Below, piece by piece: positions 18,488 through 26,854 of a DNA stretch of 28,257 nt (the first letter of the stretch is position 1; each line of letters starts with the position of its first letter). The stretch comes from Chlamydiota bacterium. Its GTDB lineage: Bacteria; Chlamydiota; Chlamydiia; Chlamydiales; Rhabdochlamydiaceae. The notes beneath the pieces were generated by a model, which saw only the letters and a list, made by a program, of their open reading frames with translations, was not told where the DNA came from and ran no database searches. Where the stretch lies: the NCBI GenBank assembly GCA_016866585.1, contig VGMB01000001.1, positions 1 through 28,257 of the forward strand, read 5' to 3'. A program made the position numbers and the translations under genes.

Positions 18488-20200
18488 CTAAAATAGTATT
18501 CCTATATTTAATTCGTTACCCTCTAATAGAGGACCTAAAAATAATGCCGGTGTAAACGATATCCCACATAAAATGAAAATTAGTGTTAAAAGTAACAAAG
18601 AGAAGGTGATTCCTGAGATCTGGAGTTTTTTATTTGTGATCGGCGAAGCAACTTTACTGCTTAAATGACCAGAAAGTACACATGCTAAGATAATTATTAC
18701 AACTCTATGAAGAAGCATAGCTAGTGCTGTTGTCATGTTATACATGGGCGTATTAACAGAATTTGTTAACATAGCACTTCCATTATTTGCTGTAGTAGAT
18801 AGAAACGTATACAATATTTCTGTGAAACCTCGAGGACCAGAATTGAGTTTCGCGCTAATGCCCCAGTCTGACAAAACAGCAATAGATGTTAATCCGAGAC
18901 TAAGAGTAATAAAAATCAATAAGGTGCTTATAGACATTTTTATGTGAAATACATCAATTTTTTTTCCGTGATATTCTGGGTCTTTTCCTGACATAAGCCC
19001 TATTAGGTACATGGATAAAATAGATATCGTCATCATGCTAAAAATTCCCGTTCCACATCCTCCTAGTAAGGTTTCTCCAACTAATATGGAAGCTGTTGCT
19101 ATAAAAGTTCCTCCTGGCATGTAGCTGTCTATTGTACTATTAGTAGAACCATTTGAGCTTAAATTTGAGGTCACTGTGTATAAACAAGAACCGAGAGGAC
19201 CAAATCGAACTTCTTTGCCCTCCATATTTCCTTGCGTAGTTTCTAAATTCAGAAATGTTACAAGAGGAGGGTGTCTTTCTTCATATTGATTAGCTCGATA
19301 CACACTTAAAAAAAATAATACAGCTAAAGTCGTTAGTATAGTGCTCAATATTTTGAGATTATTCACAGATTTACCATAAAAATAAATTTGTGCTGTAGGA
19401 ATCAACAACATGAAAATGATTTGAAAAAAATTGGAAAATGAAGTCGGATTTTCAAATGGGTGTGCTGAGTCTGTATTCGTATATCCCCCTCCATTTGTAC
19501 CAAGAACTTTTATAGCTGATTGTGATGCTATGGGGCCGGTATATATTGTTTGCGTTGTTCCTTCAATGGTGTCTATTTTGATAAATTCATTAAATGTCTG
19601 CGGAACGCCTTGAGAAACAAGAACTACAGCTGCTATAATGCTTAAGGGTAATAGTAAGTAATATATTACTCGAATTACATCCCTCCAGAAGTTTCCTAGA
19701 AATGAGACAGAGTTTCTGTTTATGCCTCTAACTAATGCTGCACTAATTGCGATTCCCATAGAAGCAGATATAAAGTTTTGCACAGTCAATGCTGTCATTT
19801 GCGAGAATGCACTTATCGTTTTTTCAGGAGAATATGCTTGCCAGTCAGTATTTGTGCAGTATGAGATAGCTATATTTAGAGCTAATGATGGTTGGAGTGA
19901 TTGAAAATTATTGCTATTGAGTGGAAGGTAAGGTTGTAATAAAAGTATGCAAAAAACTAAGACTGTACCAACAAAAAGCAATACTAAGCTATTTTTAAGA
20001 TAGTCTTTCCAGGTGTGCTCTTTTTCATGGTCGATTTTTAGTATCTTATATGTAAACATTTCAAGAGGTTGTATGAAATAAGATAGAAAAGGCTTTTTTT
20101 CGTAATTTAAAATGTTAAATATATGCAAGCCTATGTACTTAGAGGTTAAAATAAGAATCGATATGAGGATAAGTACTGTTGTAATTTTATAGTTTATCAT
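18488..20200 (-). CDS. kdpA: K+-transporting ATPase subunit A
   Basis: Selectivity-filter motifs 'TNTDWQ', 'LGTNGGG', 'SSNGST', 'ANNGSA', plus 'HPFENPT', 'MEGKEVRFG', 'PEYHGKKI'. Start is likely ATG 20200 (TAATG overlap with kdpF) rather than TTG 20218. Confidence 0.95.
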   Translation of the reverse strand: MINYKITTVLILISILILTSKYIGLHIFNILNYEKKPFLSYFIQPLEMFTYKILKIDHEKEHTWKDYLKNSLVLLFVGTVLVFCILLLQPYLPLNSNNFQSLQPSLALNIAISYCTNTDWQAYSPEKTISAFSQMTALTVQNFISASMGIAISAALVRGINRNSVSFLGNFWRDVIRVIYYLLLPLSIIAAVVLVSQGVPQTFNEFIKIDTIEGTTQTIYTGPIASQSAIKVLGTNGGGYTNTDSAHPFENPTSFSNFFQIIFMLLIPTAQIYFYGKSVNNLKILSTILTTLAVLFFLSVYRANQYEERHPPLVTFLNLETTQGNMEGKEVRFGPLGSCLYTVTSNLSSNGSTNSTIDSYMPGGTFIATASILVGETLLGGCGTGIFSMMTISILSMYLIGLMSGKDPEYHGKKIDVFHIKMSISTLLIFITLSLGLTSIAVLSDWGISAKLNSGPRGFTEILYTFLSTTANNGSAMLTNSVNTPMYNMTTALAMLLHRVVIIILACVLSGHLSSKVASPITNKKLQISGITFSLLLLTLIFILCGISFTPALFLGPLLEGNELNIGILF

Positions 20201-20283
20201 TAAAATTTTTCTGGCCAAATAAATGTTATTATTAAGTAAATGATTAATCCAAAGATGATATAACCAACTATTACATCAAACAT
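20200..20283 (-). CDS. kdpF: K+-transporting ATPase subunit F (27 aa, not in ORF track)
   Basis: Hand translation MFDVIVGYIIFGLIIYLIITFIWPEKF*: one TM helix ending in the KdpF-type 'YL.....PEKF', with its stop overlapping the kdpA ATG. Confidence 0.88.
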   Translation of the reverse strand: MFDVIVGYIIFGLIIYLIITFIWPEKF

Positions 20284-20285
20284 AT

Positions 20286-21536
20286 TTATTGATCCCTAAT
20301 ATCCTTACATTTTACACTCAGTCTTTCACCAGGTAAGATATCCCTTAGTGCTGAGATGACTAGAATCAATTCATTACGATCACTTCGTTTATAAAGAGAT
20401 GTTTTAAGGTTGCCATGTTCCGAAGACGAAATCATTTTGGAGAAGTTAAACGACTTATCCTGTCTTAAAACTAGGTGTTTATCTTTATATTTTATTCCTG
20501 ATTGGATGTCGTGTGAGAGTGGTTTTTCCGAAAGGTTCCAGCGGCCACCATACACACCAACAAAAGACCCTTTTTTGATTTTTTTCGCTTTTTTCGAAAG
20601 AATAAGATCAAAATGAAGTATCGATGAGCATGATATAAGCTCTAAATTAAGTGGCATTCCTCTTTCAAGGATCTCATCTTCAAATTGCTCGATCTTTTTG
20701 TCTAATGAAGGTGGCACCTCTTTGATTTTTTTGTAGCTCGTTGTTCTTTTTAGTCCATTAGGCAGCTCATCTATGCCAAGCTCAAGTGCATTTCTTAGAT
20801 CTATAAGTTTAGGATCGTTAAAGTTAGCCCTTCCTTCAATTGGTATTTCGTTTTTAATTATTTTGCCATCACTCGATAAAGTGTAGGATTTGGCATATAT
20901 GGGTTCAGGTATTATTGGTAGAACAGACCAGTATTGGCCTCCGTAACTGGACAATAACTGTTCTCCTGGAAGTATCTTTTTGGTTGTAAATAGGCATACT
21001 TCTATTGTTCCATCGGGAAGCTTTCGTGTCATCGCTTCAATATTAGTATCTACCGAGCTATGGTTGATATATCTTGTAAAGTTGCCCTTATTTACTGCAT
21101 TTGTTTGGATTGAGTATTTTTCCTTAGTGCTGAGATTTTTACCTTTAGACCTGACAAATTTGAGAAGCCCTTTTTGAATCGAAATGCCTGGTGCGACATC
21201 GTACGCATAGTGATTCCCTTTGGTTTCGGTTTCCAGCACTATTTCATACTCACCAGTATATATCCCTATAAAAGATCCTTTTTTTATACCTTTGGCATCA
21301 GGTTTTAAAAAAACACCAGTCTGCATGTATTCATTTACTTCTTTTAGTTCAAGAAATGGAGGTATTCCATAGGTTTTAAGATCAGATTGGTATTTATCTA
21401 TTCTTTTAAGTAGATCTTTAGAGGCTTTAGGGCAGTCTATAGATCGTAGCTTCTTGCTATAAGCTTGTAGATGTTTTATAATTTCTTTAGGTCCGGAAGA
21501 AAAAATAAGATGAAATTTTTTTAAGAGCTCATTCAT
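20286..21536 (-). CDS. Tandem SET-domain protein (one intact, one degenerate SET), chlamydial NUE-like methyltransferase
   Basis: Copy 1: 'IGIYTGE', 'GNFTRYINHS', 'ILPGEQLLSSYGGQYW'. Copy 2: 'VGVYGG', 'FNFSKMISSS', 'ILPGERLSVKC'. Confidence 0.88.
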   Translation of the reverse strand: MNELLKKFHLIFSSGPKEIIKHLQAYSKKLRSIDCPKASKDLLKRIDKYQSDLKTYGIPPFLELKEVNEYMQTGVFLKPDAKGIKKGSFIGIYTGEYEIVLETETKGNHYAYDVAPGISIQKGLLKFVRSKGKNLSTKEKYSIQTNAVNKGNFTRYINHSSVDTNIEAMTRKLPDGTIEVCLFTTKKILPGEQLLSSYGGQYWSVLPIIPEPIYAKSYTLSSDGKIIKNEIPIEGRANFNDPKLIDLRNALELGIDELPNGLKRTTSYKKIKEVPPSLDKKIEQFEDEILERGMPLNLELISCSSILHFDLILSKKAKKIKKGSFVGVYGGRWNLSEKPLSHDIQSGIKYKDKHLVLRQDKSFNFSKMISSSEHGNLKTSLYKRSDRNELILVISALRDILPGERLSVKCKDIRDQ

Positions 21537-21627
21537 AAGATAATCTTGGTTTTTTAATCTTTATATTTCTTATTAGAAAATTTATTTAAAGATTTTATTG
21601 ATAAATCAAGATGTTTTTTTTCGAGAA

Positions 21628-23880
21628 TTAAAAAAAAGTGGAAAGCGGGTCAACATCAACTTGAAATTTTATTTTTTGTTTTTCACAATCTTTTTTTATA
21701 AGTTCGTATTTATCAAGAAGATATACAACCTTGGTCGTTTTTAGAAGAAATTGAAATCTATATTTATCCTGTACTTTTGCATGGCCGCAGGGTGTTAGAG
21801 GTAATAGTTCGACAGTTTCAGGCAATTGGCGGCTGAGAAAAGTTCTGGTGTCTTTGGCTTTTTGAAGGGTTTTTTCCAAATTTTCTCCTGTAAAAGTACA
21901 TTTCATAAGGTGAACATAGGGTGGGTAGCAAAAAAGTTTCCTTATTTCTTTTTCTTCATTATAAAAGGATTCAAAATCTTGGTTTTGCGCATATTTTAAA
22001 ACACTGTGATCCGGTATTAAAGTTTGTACGATAACTTCACCTTTGAGATCTCCTCTGCCTGATCTTCCTGCAACCTGTGTCAATAGTTGAAATACTTGCT
22101 CAGTGGATCGAAAGTCTGGAATTTGAAGACTTATATCTGCATTTAAAACTCCAACGAGTGTGACAAGGGGGAAGTGTAATCCTTTTGCAATCATCTGAGT
22201 GCCTATCAAGATATCAGCTTTTCCACTTTTGAATTTTTTACATAATTCTTCATGGCTTCCTTTTTTTCTGGTGGTATCTGCATCCATACGAATGACTCTA
22301 GCTTCAGGAAAAATTGCGTGTATTGATCTCTCTACAAGTTCTGTCCCTGCTCCTTTAAATTTCATCTGTCCATCTTTACCACAACTTGGACAGCATTTGC
22401 TCGGTTTTTCACGATAATCGCAGAGATGACATGCTAAGATATTTTCTCCAAGATGGAAAGTGAGGTTCATCTCACAATGAGGGCATTTGATGATGTGACT
22501 ACAGCTAAGACATATTTGACTGCTATGGTACCCTCTTCTGTTAAGTAATAGGAGGGTTTGTTCTCCGAGCACTAACCTTTGTTTCATTTCTTTTAAGAGT
22601 TTATCAGAGAAAAGAGTAAATCCTTTATTTTTTTCATACTCAGGCTTCATATCAACAATGTGAACTTGGGGTAAAGAAAAGTTATTAGGCCTTGATGTAA
22701 GGGTGCTTAGTATGTACTTGCCTTGTAATGCATTTGTGTAGCTTTCAAAACTTGGAGTCGCACTACCTAAAATTACTGTAGCATTACATATCTTCCCACG
22801 GACAATAGCTAGGTCTCTCGCGTGGTAGCAGGGTGCATCGTCTGATTGTTTGTAGCATGATTCATGTTCTTCATCTACGATTATTAGTCCAAGTTTTGGA
22901 ACTGGGCTAAATAATGCAGATCTTGCTCCAACAATTATTGGCGATTTTCCCGATAAAATGTTTTTCCAGGTGTCGAATCGTTCTCCGTGTGATAACCTAT
23001 GATGTAGTAGCGCGATTTTTTCTTTGAACCTACTTTTAAGGCGTTCTATTGTTTGAGATGTGAGAATGATTTCTGGAATTAGAAAAATTACATTTTTATC
23101 TAGTTTTAGGGTGTGTTCGATAGCTTGTAAATATACTTCTGTTTTACCACTTCCAGTAACACCAAATAAAAGATGAGTTGAAAAATGAGATTTATTTAAA
23201 CTTTCTTTGACCCGGTTTAAAGCTATTTGTTGCTCATCATTCAATAGTTTATTTTTTCCTATAAAATATTCTTGCTCCCAAACTATAGACCTATCAAGTT
23301 CCTTTTTCTCTAATGATAAGACCTTCTTTTTAATAAGGGTGTCTACTGGGCTTCTAGATACTCCAGATTCATGAAGTAGATCAGATAAAAAAAGACCATT
23401 CGGGTGTTGTAATAACACATCAAGTATTAATGCTTGCTTTGGATCTGATATCCTTAGTTGTCCGCATAGTTCCACAAGTTTTTCTTGGGATGTGTTTTTT
23501 TTAATGTATAGACCAAGCTTTTCATTGGCTTCCCCTCGAATGCTTGATGGCAGTACTGTTGTTAATACCTTGTGAAGAGGGCAGCAGTAATATTTTGAGA
23601 TCCATTGAGCAAGATGCAAAAGATCCGGAGTAGCAACTGATTTTTCAGACAGAAGTTTTTCTATAGATTTGAGCTGGGGGGTGTCGTCAGTTTTTTCTTT
23701 AACTTCCCATACTGTAGCTTGTCTCATGCTGTTTCTTACAGGTACAAGTACCCTAGTTCCTGGTGAAATGTCATTAATAAATTCGTTGGGTATATCGTAA
23801 CTTAGAGCTTTCGATAAAGCATCATCAAGAAGTACTGTTGCTATCAGTCCTGTCTTAGGTGCTTGCATATCATTGACCAT
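21628..23880 (-). CDS. priA: Primosomal protein N' (replication-restart helicase)
   Basis: 'GVTGSGKTEVY', 'LIPEI', 'DEEH', 'GSATPS', 'RRGY', four CxxC pairs, 'DILIGTQMIAKG', 'QVAGRSGR'. Start may be ATG 23868. Confidence 0.97.
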   Translation of the reverse strand: MVNDMQAPKTGLIATVLLDDALSKALSYDIPNEFINDISPGTRVLVPVRNSMRQATVWEVKEKTDDTPQLKSIEKLLSEKSVATPDLLHLAQWISKYYCCPLHKVLTTVLPSSIRGEANEKLGLYIKKNTSQEKLVELCGQLRISDPKQALILDVLLQHPNGLFLSDLLHESGVSRSPVDTLIKKKVLSLEKKELDRSIVWEQEYFIGKNKLLNDEQQIALNRVKESLNKSHFSTHLLFGVTGSGKTEVYLQAIEHTLKLDKNVIFLIPEIILTSQTIERLKSRFKEKIALLHHRLSHGERFDTWKNILSGKSPIIVGARSALFSPVPKLGLIIVDEEHESCYKQSDDAPCYHARDLAIVRGKICNATVILGSATPSFESYTNALQGKYILSTLTSRPNNFSLPQVHIVDMKPEYEKNKGFTLFSDKLLKEMKQRLVLGEQTLLLLNRRGYHSSQICLSCSHIIKCPHCEMNLTFHLGENILACHLCDYREKPSKCCPSCGKDGQMKFKGAGTELVERSIHAIFPEARVIRMDADTTRKKGSHEELCKKFKSGKADILIGTQMIAKGLHFPLVTLVGVLNADISLQIPDFRSTEQVFQLLTQVAGRSGRGDLKGEVIVQTLIPDHSVLKYAQNQDFESFYNEEKEIRKLFCYPPYVHLMKCTFTGENLEKTLQKAKDTRTFLSRQLPETVELLPLTPCGHAKVQDKYRFQFLLKTTKVVYLLDKYELIKKDCEKQKIKFQVDVDPLSTFF

Positions 23881-24653
23881 AGAGATTTTTTAAGATTGGG
23901 GTTCTTTATATATTCAGCAGCAGAATGAGTGGTTAGGTATTTTTGAGAATGGAGAAACCGTTCTTTAGAACTAGGTATTTCTTTAAAATGAGTAAGGAGG
24001 TGGTTATTTTTGAATATTTCTTGAGTTCCTAATATAAGGTTTGGTTTGTACAACTTAAAAAAAGAATCCCAGTTGTTTTTTTTCTCCCATTCTTGTGCTT
24101 CTATAACACAACAAGAGCTAAAGTGACCTTCTATAGCGCGTTTGACATTTTCCCAAAAAAAAGCATGTTCTGGAGTAGGTGAGAAATTGAAAATTAAGAC
24201 TGCCGCATTCTGTGTTCTTTTTTGCCATTGCTCAGAAAGTATCTTAGCCTCTTCATCTGAGGGTATATCCTTTACTATTTTTATGTTCGGAAATATCTTT
24301 TCAATTCTTTTTTTGATTTCTTCTGAAAACTCCAGTGTTGGTTTGGGTAATGGACTTGTTGGTAATAGCGCATGAGGGGGCTTGTTTTTTGAATCCTCTT
24401 TTGGTTCTAAGGTTGCCTTTTCTTTTTCGGCTTTAGCAAGTTTGGATGTTTCTTGTATTATCTCGCTAAGAGGAATAATCGGTTTGTTTTCAGGTGTATG
24501 TTGTATCTTAGTGTTTACGTTCTTAGTGGAGTTTTCAAAAAAGCTATACGTTTCTGTTGTGCAGAAAAGTTTCGTCCCGTGTTCATATTCAGATTCTATA
24601 TATTCTAAAGTAATCTTAATTAGATTTTGAAATTCGATCTGTGTTTTATTCAT
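23844..24653 (-). CDS. Conserved chlamydial hypothetical (CT779-like); possible degenerate UDG-like/psi-like C-terminal domain
   Basis: 269-aa ORF overlapping the priA 5' end, with a Pro/Lys/Glu-rich linker and C-terminal 'HSAAEYIKNPNLKKSLWSMIC'. Confidence 0.65.
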   Translation of the reverse strand: MNKTQIEFQNLIKITLEYIESEYEHGTKLFCTTETYSFFENSTKNVNTKIQHTPENKPIIPLSEIIQETSKLAKAEKEKATLEPKEDSKNKPPHALLPTSPLPKPTLEFSEEIKKRIEKIFPNIKIVKDIPSDEEAKILSEQWQKRTQNAAVLIFNFSPTPEHAFFWENVKRAIEGHFSSCCVIEAQEWEKKNNWDSFFKLYKPNLILGTQEIFKNNHLLTHFKEIPSSKERFLHSQKYLTTHSAAEYIKNPNLKKSLWSMICKHLRQD

Positions 24654-25282
24654 GCATTAAGTTTTAAATTGGCTATGAATGCCTTGATTTCAGGAATCAG
24701 GCAGGCAAATCCTCTATTATGAAATTTATCACATATGCTTTCGCATAAAGAATCAACGTTATGACCACAGTTCTTTACGAAAAAATTCATAAGGTAATTT
24801 GGATATGTTATAGAATGAACCTTTCCTGAATTTTTTAGGAGAAAAAATAAAAAGTTTTCATCAGATTTACACTCAATCATCAGTGGTTCTAACATTAAAT
24901 ACAGCTGTTTTAGATACAGCATAAGTTGTAACTCGAAATTTTCGCTGGGCATATCAATATAGTTTGATATTGCATTTGTTGTGTTTGTCAGAGCGTGTTT
25001 AAATATTTTTATGGCCTGCTTTTGCTCCGGGAATGCCTTGGGTAGTAAAAGGCTGTGTTCCACAACTTTGTTTAAAGGACCCATTTTTGTAGACCAATCT
25101 AGTGGGTAAAATGAAGAGATCGTTGGAAAAAAAATATTATGTAGTGGGGTGTTGTTTTTGTGTTCACTTTCAGCATTAAATATTTCAGACAAAATAAATT
25201 GCAGTAACAACACTTTGTTATTTCTTTCGTCTATATTTGACTTTGAAAATGGCGAGTGTAGAAATATCTCAAAGTTTGTCAT
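24650..25282 (-). CDS. Hypothetical protein
   Basis: 210-aa ORF with ATG start and ATGA overlap with the next gene. No recognised motif. Confidence 0.7.
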   Translation of the reverse strand: MTNFEIFLHSPFSKSNIDERNNKVLLLQFILSEIFNAESEHKNNTPLHNIFFPTISSFYPLDWSTKMGPLNKVVEHSLLLPKAFPEQKQAIKIFKHALTNTTNAISNYIDMPSENFELQLMLYLKQLYLMLEPLMIECKSDENFLFFLLKNSGKVHSITYPNYLMNFFVKNCGHNVDSLCESICDKFHNRGFACLIPEIKAFIANLKLNA

Positions 25283-25522
25283 TGTTAGTCGTTCTTGGTT
25301 TATCTAAACTAAACTTAGTAAATAAAATTTTAAATTCCAATACGTAAATAAAATATTCCCTTTTTTTTTTTCAATTTAAACTTTTAAATTTCAATATTCG
25401 TCAGTTGGCTTTTTGATTATTTTCTGCAATTAGTTTGTTACTCAAATGAAGCAAAAATGTAGATAAAAAACTTTAAAATATTCTATGACAACAAAAGGAT
25501 GTATATAAAATTGGAGGAAGAG

Positions 25523-26845
25523 ATGGAGCTGGTATTTCCTGCTCAGTGGATGAAAGTTTTTTTTAGGAAAACTTTAATTCCCTTAATGCTGATGTTTTTT
25601 TGTCCTCCAATTGTTATTATACTATGGTTTGTTAATGTTCATTTGGCTGGTTCTTTTGCCGAATTATGCCATTTTTTTAGTGCTAATGGATTTATAACGG
25701 GTGTATATAAAATATGGGCTCCTGTTTTCTGGGGTTCAGCTATTGCATGGAAGGCTATAGCTGTCTTTACTTTAGCTCAAATCTTAATCATGAGATTCAT
25801 ACCAGGTAAAGTTTTTTATGGGCCTTTAACCCAAAAAGCTAATGTTCCAGTATACAAGGCAAATGGTCCTCAGTCTTTTTTTGTTTCATTAGGTCTTTAT
25901 TATACATGCTCATTTAGGTTTAATTTATTTTCTAAAACCTTGATTTATGATCATTTTGGAGAGATTCTGGGTGCGCTCAATATATTAAGTTTTGTTGTTT
26001 GTCTGTTCTTATATTTCAAAGGTCGTTTTTGGCCTTCTTCTTCGGATTCAGGTTCTTCAGGAAATCCTGTTTTTGATTATTATTGGGGAACTGAATTGTA
26101 TCCTAGGGTATTTGGCATTCATCTGAAAAAGTTTATCAACTGTAGATTTGGTCTGGTTGCTTGGGGATTTGTTGTAATTTCCTTTGCTGCGAAACAGCAT
26201 GAGCTCTATGGACTTACAGATGCTATGCTACTGGTTGTTATGCTGCAGCTTGTTTATTTAGTTAAATTTTTTGTCTGGGAGACCGGCTACTTGGGATCGA
26301 TAGATATAATGCATGATAGAGCTGGCTTTTATATATGCTGGGGTTCGATGGTTTGGCTGCCTGGAGTATACCCATCTGCTACATTATACTTAGTAAATCA
26401 TCCGCACGTACTTGGATTTCCTGTTTTCGCTGCAATTTTTATGCTCGGAACAGGTTCTATTCTTTTGACATACTTTGCCGATAGACAAAGACAGCAAGTA
26501 AGAATGATGAATGGTGAGTGTAGGGTTTGGAAAAAACAGCCTCAGCTCATAATTGCAAATTATGTTACCCAAACAGGAGAGCAAAAACAGAACTTGTTAT
26601 TGGCTTCAGGCTTCTGGGGTATTTCTAGGCATTTTCATTATGTGCCAGAGTTTTTAGGAGCTTTTTTTTGGAGTATTCCAGTACTGTTTAATCACGTTAT
26701 TCCTTATTTTTATTTGATATTTTTAGCAACAATCATGCTCGAAAGATCGATTCGAGATGATGCCCGATGTGCTAAAAAATATGGTGAGGATTGGAAGCGA
26801 TATTGTCAGAAAGTTCCATATAAAATACTCCCATATGTTTTCTAG
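25523..26845 (+). CDS. Sterol reductase, ERG4/ERG24 family (7-dehydrocholesterol reductase-like)
   Basis: Multi-TM protein with 'DYYWGTELYPR', 'IDIMHDRAGFYICWG', 'LLASGFWGISRHFHY', 'RSIRDDARCAKKYGEDWKRYCQKVPYKILP'. GGAGG at 25513-25517 favours ATG 25523 over 25499. Confidence 0.92.
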   Translation: MELVFPAQWMKVFFRKTLIPLMLMFFCPPIVIILWFVNVHLAGSFAELCHFFSANGFITGVYKIWAPVFWGSAIAWKAIAVFTLAQILIMRFIPGKVFYGPLTQKANVPVYKANGPQSFFVSLGLYYTCSFRFNLFSKTLIYDHFGEILGALNILSFVVCLFLYFKGRFWPSSSDSGSSGNPVFDYYWGTELYPRVFGIHLKKFINCRFGLVAWGFVVISFAAKQHELYGLTDAMLLVVMLQLVYLVKFFVWETGYLGSIDIMHDRAGFYICWGSMVWLPGVYPSATLYLVNHPHVLGFPVFAAIFMLGTGSILLTYFADRQRQQVRMMNGECRVWKKQPQLIIANYVTQTGEQKQNLLLASGFWGISRHFHYVPEFLGAFFWSIPVLFNHVIPYFYLIFLATIMLERSIRDDARCAKKYGEDWKRYCQKVPYKILPYVF

Positions 26846-26854
26846 TGAGGTGAT

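Noticed and set aside
20201-20218. TTG start of kdpA (MARKIL...)
   Set aside because: Lies inside kdpF; ATG 20200 gives a canonical TAATG coupling.
15853-21536. Lower GC in the kdp genes as evidence of recent transfer
   Set aside because: Only a few lines were spot-checked and amino-acid composition confounds it; it needs a real GC3 or codon analysis.
25361-25371. T11 homopolymer as a phase-variation switch
   Set aside because: Intergenic, and long A/T runs are common throughout this window; no variability can be shown.
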